This document shows, piece after piece, positions 27,327 through 36,985 of a stretch of DNA of 64,000 bases. Every line of letters starts with the position of its first letter. Within the stretch, counting starts at the first letter, position 1. The stretch comes from Moorellales bacterium (GTDB taxonomy: Bacteria > Bacillota > DSM-521 > Neomoorellales > SLTJ01): contig JBNARC010000005.1 in the NCBI GenBank assembly GCA_049719955.1, positions 3,976-67,975 of the forward strand, given 5' to 3'. The notes beneath the pieces were generated by a model, which saw only the letters and a program-made list of their open reading frames with translations, had not been told where the DNA came from and ran no database searches. A program made the translations under genes and the position numbers.

Positions 27327-28286
27327 GTGCAGAGCGTGTTGCGCCTGGGCAAGACCGGGTTTACAAGGTTTCTGGCTCTAGGGCTGTTGGTCTTATTGGT
27401 GGCTGGCCTGGCCCTTGTGGCCGGGTGCAATAAGGGAACCGGCGGGGCTGCGGGGACGGCTCAAACTGAAGCCCAGGGCGGGTCGGCGCCGCCCGGGGGG
27501 CAAAGCGGGTCGGCGGCCGCCGCCGGGGACCGGGAAGTGATCCTGGCCACTACTACCAGTACCTACGATACCGGCCTCCTGGACTACCTGCTGCCGATCT
27601 TCGAGCAGAAGACCGGTTATAAGGTTAAGCCCATTGCCGTGGGTACGGGCCAGGCCCTGAAGATGGGTGAGGAAGGCAATGCCGACGTGTTGCTGGTGCA
27701 CGCGCCGGCCTCGGAGAAACCCCTGGTGGACCGGGGGATACTGATCAATTATCGCCTGGTGATGCACAACGACTTTATCCTCGTAGGCCCTCCGGATGAC
27801 CCGGTCGGGGTGCGGCAGGCGGGCACGGCGGTAGAGGCCTTGCAGAAGATCGCCCAGCGTCGGGCGGTTTTCGTGTCCCGGGGTGATGACTCGGGCACCC
27901 ACGAGAAGGAGAAGGATCTTTGGGAGAAGGCCGGGATTGACCCTCAGGGCGACTGGTACGTGAGCGCCGGAGCGGGAATGGGCCAGACCCTGACCATCGC
28001 CTCCGAACGGGGAGGGTATACCCTCACCGACCGTGGCACCTATCTGGCTACGAAGAAGAACCTGCGGCTGGAAATCGTGCACCAGGGCGATCCCCTGCTG
28101 CTGAACATCTACCACGTGGCGCAGGTCAACCCGGAGAGATTCCCCAACCTGGACATCAACGCCGAGGGAGCTAAAGCCTTCGTGGAGTTTATGGTTTCTC
28201 CCGAGGGCCAAGAGCTCATCGGCCAGTTCGGAAAGGATAAGTACGGGGAGCCTCTGTTCGTTCCCGACGCAGACAAGGAGGGTTAG
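27327..28286 (+). CDS. tupA: Tungstate ABC transporter substrate-binding lipoprotein TupA
   Basis: Signal peptide with lipobox LVAGC. The mature part is VILATTTSTYDTGLLDYLLPIFEQKTGYKVKPIAVGTGQALKMGEEGNADVLLVHAP...SRGDDSGTHEKE. Confidence 0.85.
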   Translation: MQSVLRLGKTGFTRFLALGLLVLLVAGLALVAGCNKGTGGAAGTAQTEAQGGSAPPGGQSGSAAAAGDREVILATTTSTYDTGLLDYLLPIFEQKTGYKVKPIAVGTGQALKMGEEGNADVLLVHAPASEKPLVDRGILINYRLVMHNDFILVGPPDDPVGVRQAGTAVEALQKIAQRRAVFVSRGDDSGTHEKEKDLWEKAGIDPQGDWYVSAGAGMGQTLTIASERGGYTLTDRGTYLATKKNLRLEIVHQGDPLLLNIYHVAQVNPERFPNLDINAEGAKAFVEFMVSPEGQELIGQFGKDKYGEPLFVPDADKEG

Positions 28287-28326
28287 CCGTCGCGTCGAGT
28301 GATGCCACCCGCAAGCTTCTGAGGGG

Positions 28327-28365
28327 TTGTCTTTTGTCCGGCGTTACGCTAAAATGAACATAACG
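28327..28365 (+). promoter_or_regulatory. Second copy of the tup promoter/operator module, upstream of tupB
   Basis: TTGTCT (28327-28332), 17-nt spacer, TAAAAT (28350-28355). The palindrome CGTTACG-N10-CATAACG (28342-28365) is 20/24 identical to 27158-27181 and has the same 8-nt offset to the -10. Confidence 0.45.
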
Positions 28366-28398
28366 CCTGAAGCGACCAGAGGGGGCACCGAACCGGTC

Positions 28399-29103
28399 AT
28401 GGAATTCGTGGCGCAGGGAATGATTGAGGGTTTACGTCTCCTGCTTACCTTGAACCCGGAAGTGGTAGAAATAACCCTCCGCACCTTGCGGGTAACCGGA
28501 ACTGCCACCCTCGTTAGCGTGCTTTTGGGCGTTCCTCTGGGGGTGCTTTTGGGTCTAAAGCGTTTTTGGGGCCGGCGGGCCCTGCTGAGTCTGGTCTATA
28601 GCGGCATGGGCCTGCCTCCTACGGTAGTGGGGTTGTGGGTCAGCCTCTTTCTCTGGCGCTCCGGCCCTCTAGGTAATCTTAGGCTCATATACACTACCGC
28701 GGCCATGGTAATTGCCCAGGCGGTGATAGCCACCCCCCTGGTGGCCAGCCTGACCGCGGCGGCTTTGCAGCAGTTACCTCCCAAGCTGCGTTTGCAAATC
28801 TTGGCCCTGGGAGCTTCGCGCTGGCAGCTCATCTGGCAGTTGCTGCGAGAGGCCCGGTTGGGGGTTCTGGCCGCGGTAATCGCCGGGTTCGGCGGGGTAA
28901 TCTCCGAGGTAGGGGCGGCGGCCATGGTGGGAGGTAACATCGCCGGCGAAACCCGGGTGCTAACTACCGCCATTATGTTGGAGGTATCCCGGGGGCACTT
29001 TGACTTGGCCCTTGCCTTAAGCTTCATCCTGTTGGCGCTGGTTTACGCGGTGGTAGCGGCCCTAGCCTGGGCCCAGCAGGGGTACCGGAGCCCCGGAACC
29101 TGA
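28399..29103 (+). CDS. tupB: Tungstate ABC transporter permease TupB
   Basis: BPD-type permease with EVVEITLRTLRVTGTATLVS... and the EAA-like region LQILALGASRWQLIWQLLREARLG. ATG 28399 was chosen because the internal promoter at 28327-28355 would exclude earlier starts; the ORF opens at 28327. Confidence 0.75.
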   Translation: MEFVAQGMIEGLRLLLTLNPEVVEITLRTLRVTGTATLVSVLLGVPLGVLLGLKRFWGRRALLSLVYSGMGLPPTVVGLWVSLFLWRSGPLGNLRLIYTTAAMVIAQAVIATPLVASLTAAALQQLPPKLRLQILALGASRWQLIWQLLREARLGVLAAVIAGFGGVISEVGAAAMVGGNIAGETRVLTTAIMLEVSRGHFDLALALSFILLALVYAVVAALAWAQQGYRSPGT

Positions 29104-29147
29104 AAACGTTAGCGAGATCCTTAACCGTTGACCGGGAGGCGAAAAAC

Positions 29148-30344
29148 TTGGCGGGCCCAAGCAGGATTCGAGCTGAGTTACCCCCACTTTTAGGTTGGCG
29201 GGCGGTACCGGGTGCTCTCCTGAGTACATTGGCACCTCGCCGGGCACCTGATAGGCCAGGCATTCGAGGGCTGGCAGCGTTGCTGACGGCCGTATTGCTA
29301 CTGGCCTGCGTGGTCGGGTGCGGTCGACCGGTTCCGCCTTCGCAGTTGGGAGCCCAGCCGGGGACGACCGGTCGGGTAAAGTTGAGCGGAGGGGGAGCTA
29401 CCTTTCCCTATCCCCTCTACTCCAAGTGGATCGAGGAATACAAAAAGCTTAAGCCCGGCGTGCTGGTGGATTACCAGTCCATAGGTAGCGGCGGCGGTAT
29501 CCGGGGCATAACCGAGGGCACCCTGGATTTCGCCGGTAGCGACGCGCCCATGACGCCGGAGGAGCGGGCCAAGGCACCGGCCGAGATCGTGCACCTGCCG
29601 GTAGTGCTGGGAGCGGTGGCGGTTACCTACAACCTTCCCGGCAACCCGGTGCTTAATTTGGACGGCGAGACCCTGGCCGAGATCTACCTGGGCCGCATTA
29701 CCAAGTGGAACCATCCCCGCCTGCAGGCTCTCAACCCGGGATTGACCCTTCCCGAGCGGGATATCGCCGTGATACACCGCTCGGACGGCAGCGGCACTAC
29801 CTTCGTGTTTACCGACTATCTCAGCCGCACCAGCCCGGCCTGGAGGGAGGGACCGGGTACCGGGAAGTCCGTTTCCTGGCCTTTCGGCATTGGCGGCAAG
29901 GGTAACGAGGGGGTTACCGGCCAGCTCAAGCTGATAGAGGGCGCCATCGGCTACGTGGAGCTGGCCTACGCGGTGAAGAACGGCCTGCCTTGCGCCCGGA
30001 TGAAGAACCGGGCGGGCCGATTTGTGGCGCCTACCCCGGCGGCGGTGGCCGCGGCGGCAGCCGGTGCCGCCCAGGATATGCCGGAGGACCTATGCCTGTC
30101 CCTGGTAAACGCGCCGGGACCCGACGCCTACCCGATTTCCACCTTTTCTTACCTGCTGGTTTACCAGGATCAGCCCGATCCGGTTAAGGGCAAGGCCCTG
30201 GCGGAGTTCTTGTGGTGGGCGGTGCACGAGGGGCAGCAGTACGCGGAGGAGTTGCTTTACGCGCCGTTGCCGGAACCGGTGGTAAAACGTCTGGAGGAGA
30301 AGCTGAAAACCCTTACCAGTCAGGGCCGCCCGCTGTTGCCGTAG
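29148..30344 (+). CDS. pstS: Phosphate-binding lipoprotein PstS
   Basis: GGGATFPYPLYSKW, SIGSGGGIRGI, FAGSDAPM and HRSDGSGTTFVFT are the canonical phosphate-ligand motifs. The lipobox is LLLACVVGC. TTG 29148 has a GGGAGG SD; the alternative start TTG 29229 lies inside repeat copy D. Confidence 0.85.
   Translation: MAGPSRIRAELPPLLGWRAVPGALLSTLAPRRAPDRPGIRGLAALLTAVLLLACVVGCGRPVPPSQLGAQPGTTGRVKLSGGGATFPYPLYSKWIEEYKKLKPGVLVDYQSIGSGGGIRGITEGTLDFAGSDAPMTPEERAKAPAEIVHLPVVLGAVAVTYNLPGNPVLNLDGETLAEIYLGRITKWNHPRLQALNPGLTLPERDIAVIHRSDGSGTTFVFTDYLSRTSPAWREGPGTGKSVSWPFGIGGKGNEGVTGQLKLIEGAIGYVELAYAVKNGLPCARMKNRAGRFVAPTPAAVAAAAAGAAQDMPEDLCLSLVNAPGPDAYPISTFSYLLVYQDQPDPVKGKALAEFLWWAVHEGQQYAEELLYAPLPEPVVKRLEEKLKTLTSQGRPLLP
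29173..29248 (+). repeat. 5' fragment (copy D) of the hairpin repeat family, inside the 5' end of the pstS ORF
   Basis: CTGAGTTACCCCCACTTTTAGGTTGGCGGGCGGTACCGGGTGCTCTCCTGAGTACATTGGCACCTCGCCGGGCACC aligns with the 5' arms of copies B and C. Homology stops at 29248. Confidence 0.75.
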
Positions 30345-30390
30345 GCGTAGGCGTGCGGGTGGGTCGTAAGGCCGGAGGAGATCAGGGCCG

Positions 30391-31476
30391 ATGAGCGAGG
30401 TATTTCGTCTGGAAGAGGTAGAAGTCAGGAAGGCCGGCCGTACCGTGCTACAGGTACCGGCGCTCTCCGTTAATCAAGGAGAAGTGTTGGGCCTAATCGG
30501 GCCCAACGGCGCCGGCAAGACCACCCTGTTGCTGGTTTTGGGGGGACTGGAGGTACCGCACCGGGGCGAGGTCTGGTTCCGGGGCCGTCGGGTACAGACC
30601 GAGCGTGAGCGCCTGGCCATGCGCCGGCGGCTGGCGGTGGTGTTTCAGGAACCGCTCCTGCTCGGCACTACCGTTTATCATAACGTGGCCGCCGGCCTGC
30701 GCTTTCGGGGAGTGCCGCCGGCGGAGATCAGGCGGCGGGTAGAAACCTGGCTGGAACGATTGGGAATAGCCGAACTGGCCTCCCGACCGGCGCGCGCTCT
30801 TTCCGGCGGGGAGGCCCAACGGGTAAGCTTGGCCCGGGCCCTGGCACTGGAGCCCGAGATCCTGCTGTTGGACGAGCCCTTTGCCTCTCTGGACGCTCCC
30901 ACCCGGGCCGGTTTGATGGAGGAACTGCACGGCATCCTCGCTTCCACCGGTCTTACGGCGGTTTTCGTTACCCACGACTTTCGGGAACTGCCCATGCTGG
31001 CTCACCGGGCCGCAGCTCTTTTGGAAGGCCGACTGGTGCAGGTGGGCACGCCGGAAGAGGTGTTGAACCGTCCGGCCAGCCTGGAGTTAGCTTCCTTTGT
31101 GGGGGTAACCAACCGAATTACGGCGCAACTGGTGGGGCGGCAGAACGGGTGTTACCGGTTACGCGGTCCGGAAGGGCTGGAACTGTGGGCCGGTTCTGCT
31201 ACCAACGGCGCGTCGTCCCGAACGGTTACCGCCTTGTGGCGACCGGAGGAAGGATTGCTTCTTTGTGCCCCGGCGGGCTCGGAGCCCAATGTCTGGCCGG
31301 CGGTAGTAAAGAAAATTGTGCCCTTTGGTGCCGAGGACCGGTTGGTTTTGGCCTGCGGGGGGCAGCAACTAACCGCCTTGTGTTCGCACCAACTGGTCCG
31401 ACAAATGGCCTTGAGCGAAGGGGCGAGAGTGTACCTTAAGGTACCGCCGGAAAGGGTACACGTCTTGCCCGCCTAG
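30391..31476 (+). CDS. tupC: ABC transporter ATP-binding protein, TupC/ModC-like with a C-terminal TOBE-like extension
   Basis: GLIGPNGAGKTTLL, LSGGEAQRVSLARAL, LLLDEPFASLD and VTHDF, plus about 120 aa of C-terminal beta-rich domain. Confidence 0.75.
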   Translation: MSEVFRLEEVEVRKAGRTVLQVPALSVNQGEVLGLIGPNGAGKTTLLLVLGGLEVPHRGEVWFRGRRVQTERERLAMRRRLAVVFQEPLLLGTTVYHNVAAGLRFRGVPPAEIRRRVETWLERLGIAELASRPARALSGGEAQRVSLARALALEPEILLLDEPFASLDAPTRAGLMEELHGILASTGLTAVFVTHDFRELPMLAHRAAALLEGRLVQVGTPEEVLNRPASLELASFVGVTNRITAQLVGRQNGCYRLRGPEGLELWAGSATNGASSRTVTALWRPEEGLLLCAPAGSEPNVWPAVVKKIVPFGAEDRLVLACGGQQLTALCSHQLVRQMALSEGARVYLKVPPERVHVLPA

Positions 31477-32132
31477 TCATTCGCCGACTTGCGCTCTCCG
31501 GTTACCAGGTAAATTACCCGCTCGGCGATATTGGTGGCGTGGTCGGCAATACGCTCCAGGTACCGGCTGATGAAGAGGAGGTAGGTGGATTGCCGGATGG
31601 TGTGGGGATCCTCCATCATATAGGTAAGGAGTTCCCGGAAGATCTGCGAATGCAGGTGATCCACCAAGTCATCGTCGCGGGTGAGGGCGTTGGCCAGGTT
31701 TACGTCCTCCCGCACGTAGGCGTCCAGGCAGTCCTTAACCATTTTTTGGGTGATCTCCGCCATCCGGGGAATATCGATTAGCGGCTTGATGAAGGGTTCG
31801 TTGCCGATGCGCAGAGTGGTGCGGGCAATGTCGCAGGCGTGATCGCCCATGCGTTCCAGATCCCCCACAATCTTAAAGGCCGCGCTTATCTTACGTAGGT
31901 CCTTCGCCATAGGCTGTTGGGTGGCGATTAGGCGGATGCACTTCTCCTCGATTTGTATCTCCAGTTCATCCACCGCTTCGTCTCCGTCTAGCACTTTCTG
32001 AGCCAGTTCCTGATCCTGTCGTACCAGCGACTGAATGCTGAGGGCAATCGCCTCTTCCACCAGGCTGCCCATGCGCAAAATATCTTGTTGCAGTTCGCGT
32101 AAGGCGTTATCGAAGCCCAGCCTCGGTGGCAT
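31473..32132 (-). CDS. phoU: Phosphate signalling complex protein PhoU
   Basis: 219 aa with two PhoU repeats (DLERMGDHACDIA and YLERIADHATNIAE). Confidence 0.9.
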   Translation of the reverse strand: MPPRLGFDNALRELQQDILRMGSLVEEAIALSIQSLVRQDQELAQKVLDGDEAVDELEIQIEEKCIRLIATQQPMAKDLRKISAAFKIVGDLERMGDHACDIARTTLRIGNEPFIKPLIDIPRMAEITQKMVKDCLDAYVREDVNLANALTRDDDLVDHLHSQIFRELLTYMMEDPHTIRQSTYLLFISRYLERIADHATNIAERVIYLVTGERKSAND

Positions 32133-32211
32133 CTCTCTTCCCTCCTTTCCGAGGAGATTATATCATAAGTGCGGTCGGCGGGGCAGCGAGCGAGCAAAAG
32201 TTTAACTTGAG

Positions 32212-33075
32212 GTGATGGGCTTGCCGGAAAGCATAACCGTATGGGCGCCCGCCAAGCTCAATCTTACCTTAGACGTCTTAGGCAGGCGTCCGGACGGATA
32301 TCACGAACTGCTCAGCGTGATGCAAACCCTGGAGCTGGCCGATCGGCTGGAGCTAAGCCTTATTCCGGAGGGCACGGAGGTACTGGGCGGGCCGAACTTA
32401 CCCCGTCCGGAGGATAACTTGGTCTACCGGGCCATAGAAGTATTGCGGGAGAAGACCGGGTTCCGGGGTGGGCTACGCGTCCACCTGGAGAAGCACATTC
32501 CCGTTGCCGCCGGCCTTGGCGGTGGAAGCGCAGACGCCGCCGCCGCTTTGAGTGCGGCTAATCTGCTTCTTGGTCTGGGTCTCACCCCCCACCAGCTCGT
32601 TGGTCTGGCGGTCAGACTAGGCTCGGATGTGCCCTTTTGCCTGGTGGGGGGTACGGTCCTGGTGGGCGGCCGGGGCGAAAAGCTTTCTTTATTGCCCTCG
32701 GCTCCCTCCATGTGGTTGGTCTTGGCCCGGCCGGCGTTAGAACTGTCCACTGCTAAGGTATACCAGGCTTGGGATCAATTGGGAGAGTTACGTCCTCCTT
32801 CTACATACCGCCTGGTAGCGGCCCTCCACCAGGGTTGGTCGGAAGGAGTGGTAGCCGCCCTAAGCAATCAGCTTGAACCGGTAACCCTTCGGCTTTGTCC
32901 GAAGGTGGCGGCATTAAAGGAGAAGCTCCTGACCTGGGGAGCCGGAAAGGTATGGCTATGCGGGAGCGGCCCCACCTTGGCGGCTCTGGTAGATTCCCGG
33001 GCGCAAGGCGAAGAGCTGGCCGACCGGGCCCGGGCCGAAGGTTACCAGACCTGGTTGACGCGCACCCGGGTTTAA
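32212..33075 (+). CDS. ispE: 4-diphosphocytidyl-2-C-methyl-D-erythritol kinase
   Basis: APAKLNLTLDVLGRRPDGYHEL, HLEKHIPVAAGLGGGSADAAA (GHMP kinase motif) and GSDVPFC. Confidence 0.9.
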   Translation: MMGLPESITVWAPAKLNLTLDVLGRRPDGYHELLSVMQTLELADRLELSLIPEGTEVLGGPNLPRPEDNLVYRAIEVLREKTGFRGGLRVHLEKHIPVAAGLGGGSADAAAALSAANLLLGLGLTPHQLVGLAVRLGSDVPFCLVGGTVLVGGRGEKLSLLPSAPSMWLVLARPALELSTAKVYQAWDQLGELRPPSTYRLVAALHQGWSEGVVAALSNQLEPVTLRLCPKVAALKEKLLTWGAGKVWLCGSGPTLAALVDSRAQGEELADRARAEGYQTWLTRTRV

Positions 33076-33104
33076 GGGATACTAAGCAGGGGGAGTGGGC
33101 GCAT

Positions 33105-33785
33105 ATGGGAAAATTGCAGCCCATTGAAGTAGAAAGCGTTCGACCGTTGCGAGAGCTGGTCTTTGAAGCCCTGCGGGATGCCATCGTAAACGGCACCCTG
33201 GCCCCGGGCGAGCGCCTCATGGAAGTACAACTCGCCGAGGAACTGGGAGTGTCGCGCACCCCGGTAAGGGAGGCCATCAGGCGGCTGGAACTGGAGGGCT
33301 ACGTAGTGACCGTACCTCGAAAAGGGGCCTATGTGGCCGGCATCTCCGCCAAGGACGTGGCCGAGGTGTTCGAGATCCGCGCCGCCCTGGAGGGGCTGGC
33401 CGCCGAGCTGGCCGCCGAGCGCATCACCGAGGAGGAACTGGAGGAACTGGAGCGGCGGCTGCACCGGGTGGCAGTATGCGTGGAAGAGGGAGATCTGGAG
33501 GCCCTGGTGGAGGCGGATACCCAGTTCCACGAGGTGCTGTATCGGGCCAGCCGTAACCGGCGGCTCAGCCAGATCATCGGTCACCTGCGGGAGCAGATCC
33601 AGCGCTTCCGTGCTAGTTCGCTGGCCACCCCCGGCCGGCGCTACGAAACCTTGGAGGAACATAAGAAGATCGTAGAGGCCCTGGCCAAGCGTAACGCGGC
33701 CTTGGCCCGTCGGCTGGCGGAGCAGCACATCGAGAACGCCGAAAACCGCCTTTTCCAATACCCGTCCGGAGGACCGGATCGGTAG
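33105..33785 (+). CDS. GntR-family (FadR/FCD subfamily) transcriptional regulator
   Basis: LVFEALRDAIVNGTLAPGERLMEVQLAEELGVSRTPVREAIRRLELEGYV plus a C-terminal FCD-like helical domain. ATG 33105 lies after GGGGGAG; the ORF track opens at 32895. Confidence 0.85.
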   Translation: MGKLQPIEVESVRPLRELVFEALRDAIVNGTLAPGERLMEVQLAEELGVSRTPVREAIRRLELEGYVVTVPRKGAYVAGISAKDVAEVFEIRAALEGLAAELAAERITEEELEELERRLHRVAVCVEEGDLEALVEADTQFHEVLYRASRNRRLSQIIGHLREQIQRFRASSLATPGRRYETLEEHKKIVEALAKRNAALARRLAEQHIENAENRLFQYPSGGPDR

Positions 33786-33797
33786 GAGGTGGGGAGA

Positions 33798-34577
33798 GTG
33801 GGCCTGGCGGTAGAGGCCCTGGTTATGGGCGGAAGCGACCGAGAAGGGGAGGGAGATTATCGACCGGCCCGGCTCCTGCTTGGAAGGCCGATGCTTACCT
33901 ACGTGCTGGAGGCTCTGCGCGGGTGCGCGGCCGTGGGGAGGGTAGCGGTGGCCGGCCCGCGGGAGTACCTGGACGGCCTCCTGCCGCCGGAGGTAATCCC
34001 GGTATCTTCAGGCGAGAACCTAATTGCCACCCTGGAGAAGGCTTTGGCCGAGTTTCGGCCCCAAGGGTGGCTTCTGGTAGCCACTGCGGACGCACCGCTT
34101 ATAACCCCGGCGGCGGTAGAGGACTTTCTGGACCGGTGCCAGCCCCTTTTGGAGCATTATAATTTCTTTTATAGTGTGGTGCGCAAAGAGGTATACGAAG
34201 CTTTCTGTCCCCGCGGCCGTAGGACCTACGCCCACCTCCGGGAGGGTAGCCTCACCGGAGGCAACCTTTTCTTGGTCCGGCCGGAGGTGGCCTTGGCCGC
34301 CTGCCGGCGGGGGGCGGAAATTATGCGGCTGCGCAAGAGCCCCCTACGCCTGGCCCGTTTGATCGGGCCCTGGTTCTTGTTGCGATTTCTGCTGCACCGC
34401 CTGCCGCTGGCGGAAGCCGAGGCGCGTTTCTCCGCTCTTCTGGGGCTAAAAGGCATAACCATTAGCGTCCCCTATGCCGAGGTGGCCTTTGATCTGGACC
34501 ACCCCGAAGATTTCGCCCTGGCGGAAGCCTTGCTGGCCGCCCGTTCCGGGGATCCACCGCCTTATAGTTCGGAATAA
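33798..34577 (+). CDS. MobA-like NTP-transferase family protein (nucleotidyltransferase)
   Basis: ALVMGGSDR...[12 protein letters not shown]...[18 protein letters not shown]. The start is GTG 33798 (8 nt after GGAGG) or GTG 33789. Confidence 0.6.
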   Translation: MGLAVEALVMGGSDREGEGDYRPARLLLGRPMLTYVLEALRGCAAVGRVAVAGPREYLDGLLPPEVIPVSSGENLIATLEKALAEFRPQGWLLVATADAPLITPAAVEDFLDRCQPLLEHYNFFYSVVRKEVYEAFCPRGRRTYAHLREGSLTGGNLFLVRPEVALAACRRGAEIMRLRKSPLRLARLIGPWFLLRFLLHRLPLAEAEARFSALLGLKGITISVPYAEVAFDLDHPEDFALAEALLAARSGDPPPYSSE

Positions 34578-34599
34578 CTTCAGGGAGGAGGGTTTTGCC

Positions 34600-35994
34600 G
34601 TGGCCAAGACGGTGGCCGTAATTCTGGCTGCCGGCCAGGGAAAGCGCATGCGCTCCCGTTACCCCAAGGTGCTGCACCTGCTGGTCGGCCGTCCTCTGCT
34701 GGAGCATGTTTTGGAGGCGGTGCGGGAGGCGGGGGTACCGGAGCAGATAATAGTAGTGGGGCACCAGGCGGAACTGGTACGTGAGAGGCTAGGGGATGGT
34801 TACCGGTACGCCTACCAGGACCCGCCTTTGGGTACCGGCCACGCCGTCCTGCAAGCCGAGCCCTTAATTCCCGCGGAGGCGGACACGGTGCTGGTGGCCT
34901 GCGGGGATACGCCTCTTTTGGGAGCGGAAACTCTACGCCGGTTGTTGGCCGAGCACCTGGCTCAGGGCTCCGTGGCCACTCTGCTTACCGCCGTGGTAGC
35001 CGACCCTTCCGGTTACGGCAGGGTCTTGCGGGGTGCCGGGGGCGAGGTGCGAGCGATTGTAGAGGAGAGGGATGCGGGCCCGGAGGTAAAACGGGTGCGG
35101 GAAATTAACAGCGGCACCTACGTGTTTGAGCGCCGAGCCCTTTTTGCGGCCCTGCGCGAAATCGGGGCGGCCAACGCCCAGGGAGAGTATTATCTGCCCG
35201 ACGTGATCGCGGTTTTGGTCCGGGGAGGGGCCAGGGTGGCGACGGTGGAGGCGGCAGCGGAGGAGATTATGGGCATCAACAGCCGGGTGGAGCTGGCGGC
35301 GGCCGAGGCGGTGTTACGGCGGCGCATCAACCGCCGCCTGATGGAAAATGGGGTTACCATCATTGACCCCGAGAGCACTTATGTGGAGGCCACGGTAGAG
35401 GTGGAACCGGATACGGTGCTCTATCCCGGCACCCTCCTTCAGGGCCGAACGGTAATCGGAGAGGGTTGCCGGGTGGGCCCTTATGTAAGCCTGCGCGACT
35501 CCCGGCTGGGACGGGAGGTAGAGGTGCGCTACGCGGTAGTGGAGGAGAGTGAGATCGGCGACCGGTGCCGCATCGGGCCTTTTGCTTACCTGCGGCCGGG
35601 CACGCGACTCGAAGCCGGGGTAAAGGTGGGGGACTTCGTGGAGATCAAGCAATCGCTTATCGGTGAAGGCAGCAAGGTTCCCCACCTTTCTTATGTGGGA
35701 GATGCAGTGGTGGGTAAAGGGGTTAACATCGGCGCCGGAACCATCACCTGCAACTACGACGGCGAGCGTAAATGGCCCACCTACATAGAAGACGGGGCCT
35801 TCATCGGGAGCAACACCAACTTGGTGGCGCCGGTGCGGGTAGGACGGGGGGCCTACGTAGGCGCGGGTTCCACCATTACCAAGGATATTCCGGCCGAAGC
35901 TTTAGGAGTGGCCCGTAGCCGGCAGACGGTGGTTCCGGGGTGGCAGGCGCGCCGAGGGAGGAGAAAGGCGGAAAACCACGAAAAAGAAGGATAG
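34600..35994 (+). CDS. glmU: Bifunctional UDP-N-acetylglucosamine pyrophosphorylase / glucosamine-1-phosphate N-acetyltransferase
   Basis: [26 protein letters not shown] and C-terminal hexapeptide repeats ([18 protein letters not shown]). GTG 34600 lies after GGGAGGAGGG; the ORF track opens at 34474. Confidence 0.92.
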   Translation: MAKTVAVILAAGQGKRMRSRYPKVLHLLVGRPLLEHVLEAVREAGVPEQIIVVGHQAELVRERLGDGYRYAYQDPPLGTGHAVLQAEPLIPAEADTVLVACGDTPLLGAETLRRLLAEHLAQGSVATLLTAVVADPSGYGRVLRGAGGEVRAIVEERDAGPEVKRVREINSGTYVFERRALFAALREIGAANAQGEYYLPDVIAVLVRGGARVATVEAAAEEIMGINSRVELAAAEAVLRRRINRRLMENGVTIIDPESTYVEATVEVEPDTVLYPGTLLQGRTVIGEGCRVGPYVSLRDSRLGREVEVRYAVVEESEIGDRCRIGPFAYLRPGTRLEAGVKVGDFVEIKQSLIGEGSKVPHLSYVGDAVVGKGVNIGAGTITCNYDGERKWPTYIEDGAFIGSNTNLVAPVRVGRGAYVGAGSTITKDIPAEALGVARSRQTVVPGWQARRGRRKAENHEKEG

Positions 35995-36045
35995 ACCCGG
36001 GGCCTGTCCCAGGCGGGCCGCCGGCTACCTAGGAGGGGTAAGGCC

Positions 36046-36984
36046 ATGTACGATCGCTTGAAAATCTTTGCCGGCAACGCCAACCGTCCTCTGGCGGAAG
36101 AGATCGCCGCCTATGTGGGCACCTCTCTGGGTTCGGCTGAGATTAAGCGCTTCAGCGACGGCGAGATCAGTGTGGCCATCGAAGAGAGTGTGCGCGGAGC
36201 GGACGTATTCGTAATCCAACCCACCTGCTTTCCCGTCAACGAGAACCTAATGGAGCTCTTGATCATGATCGACGCCCTGCGAAGGGCCTCCGCACGCCGG
36301 ATAACCGCGGTTATCCCTTATTACGGTTACGCCCGACAGGAGCGCAAGACCCGGGGAAGGGAGCCCATATCCGCCAAGCTGGTGGCCAATCTTCTGGTAC
36401 AGGCGGGAGCCCGGAGGGTGGTAGCCATGGACCTGCACGCCGGTGCCATCCAGGGTTTCTTCGATATTCCCGTGGATCACCTTCCGGGGGTACCCATACT
36501 GGCTCAATACTATCAAAGTCAAGGGTTAGAGAATATAGTGGTGGTTTCCCCGGACGTAGGGGGCGTTACCCGGGCGCGGGATCTGGCCGCTCGTATTGGG
36601 GGAGAAATTGCCATCATCGACAAGCGCCGGCCGGCGCCGAACGTGGCCGAGATCATGAACCTGATCGGCCGGGTAGAGGGCAAAGTCGCTATATTGATCG
36701 ATGACATTATCGACACCGCCGGCACCATCACCCAGGCGGCGCAGGCCTTGAAGGACCGAGGGGCTCGGGCGGTCTACGCCTGCTGCACTCACCCGGTGCT
36801 GTCGGGTCAGGCGGTGGAGCGGCTCCGCGACTCCTGTTTAGAAGAACTGGTGGTTACCAATACCATCCCTCTCCCCGCCGAAAAGCGTTGGGATCGGGTT
36901 AAGGTGCTTTCGGTGGCGCCGTTGCTGGGGGAGGCCATAGTGCGCATTCACCGCGATCGTTCGGTATCGCAGCTTTTTGATTAA
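36046..36984 (+). CDS. prs: Ribose-phosphate pyrophosphokinase
   Basis: [36 protein letters not shown] and DDIIDTAGT. Confidence 0.95.
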   Translation: MYDRLKIFAGNANRPLAEEIAAYVGTSLGSAEIKRFSDGEISVAIEESVRGADVFVIQPTCFPVNENLMELLIMIDALRRASARRITAVIPYYGYARQERKTRGREPISAKLVANLLVQAGARRVVAMDLHAGAIQGFFDIPVDHLPGVPILAQYYQSQGLENIVVVSPDVGGVTRARDLAARIGGEIAIIDKRRPAPNVAEIMNLIGRVEGKVAILIDDIIDTAGTITQAAQALKDRGARAVYACCTHPVLSGQAVERLRDSCLEELVVTNTIPLPAEKRWDRVKVLSVAPLLGEAIVRIHRDRSVSQLFD

Positions 36985-36985
36985 G

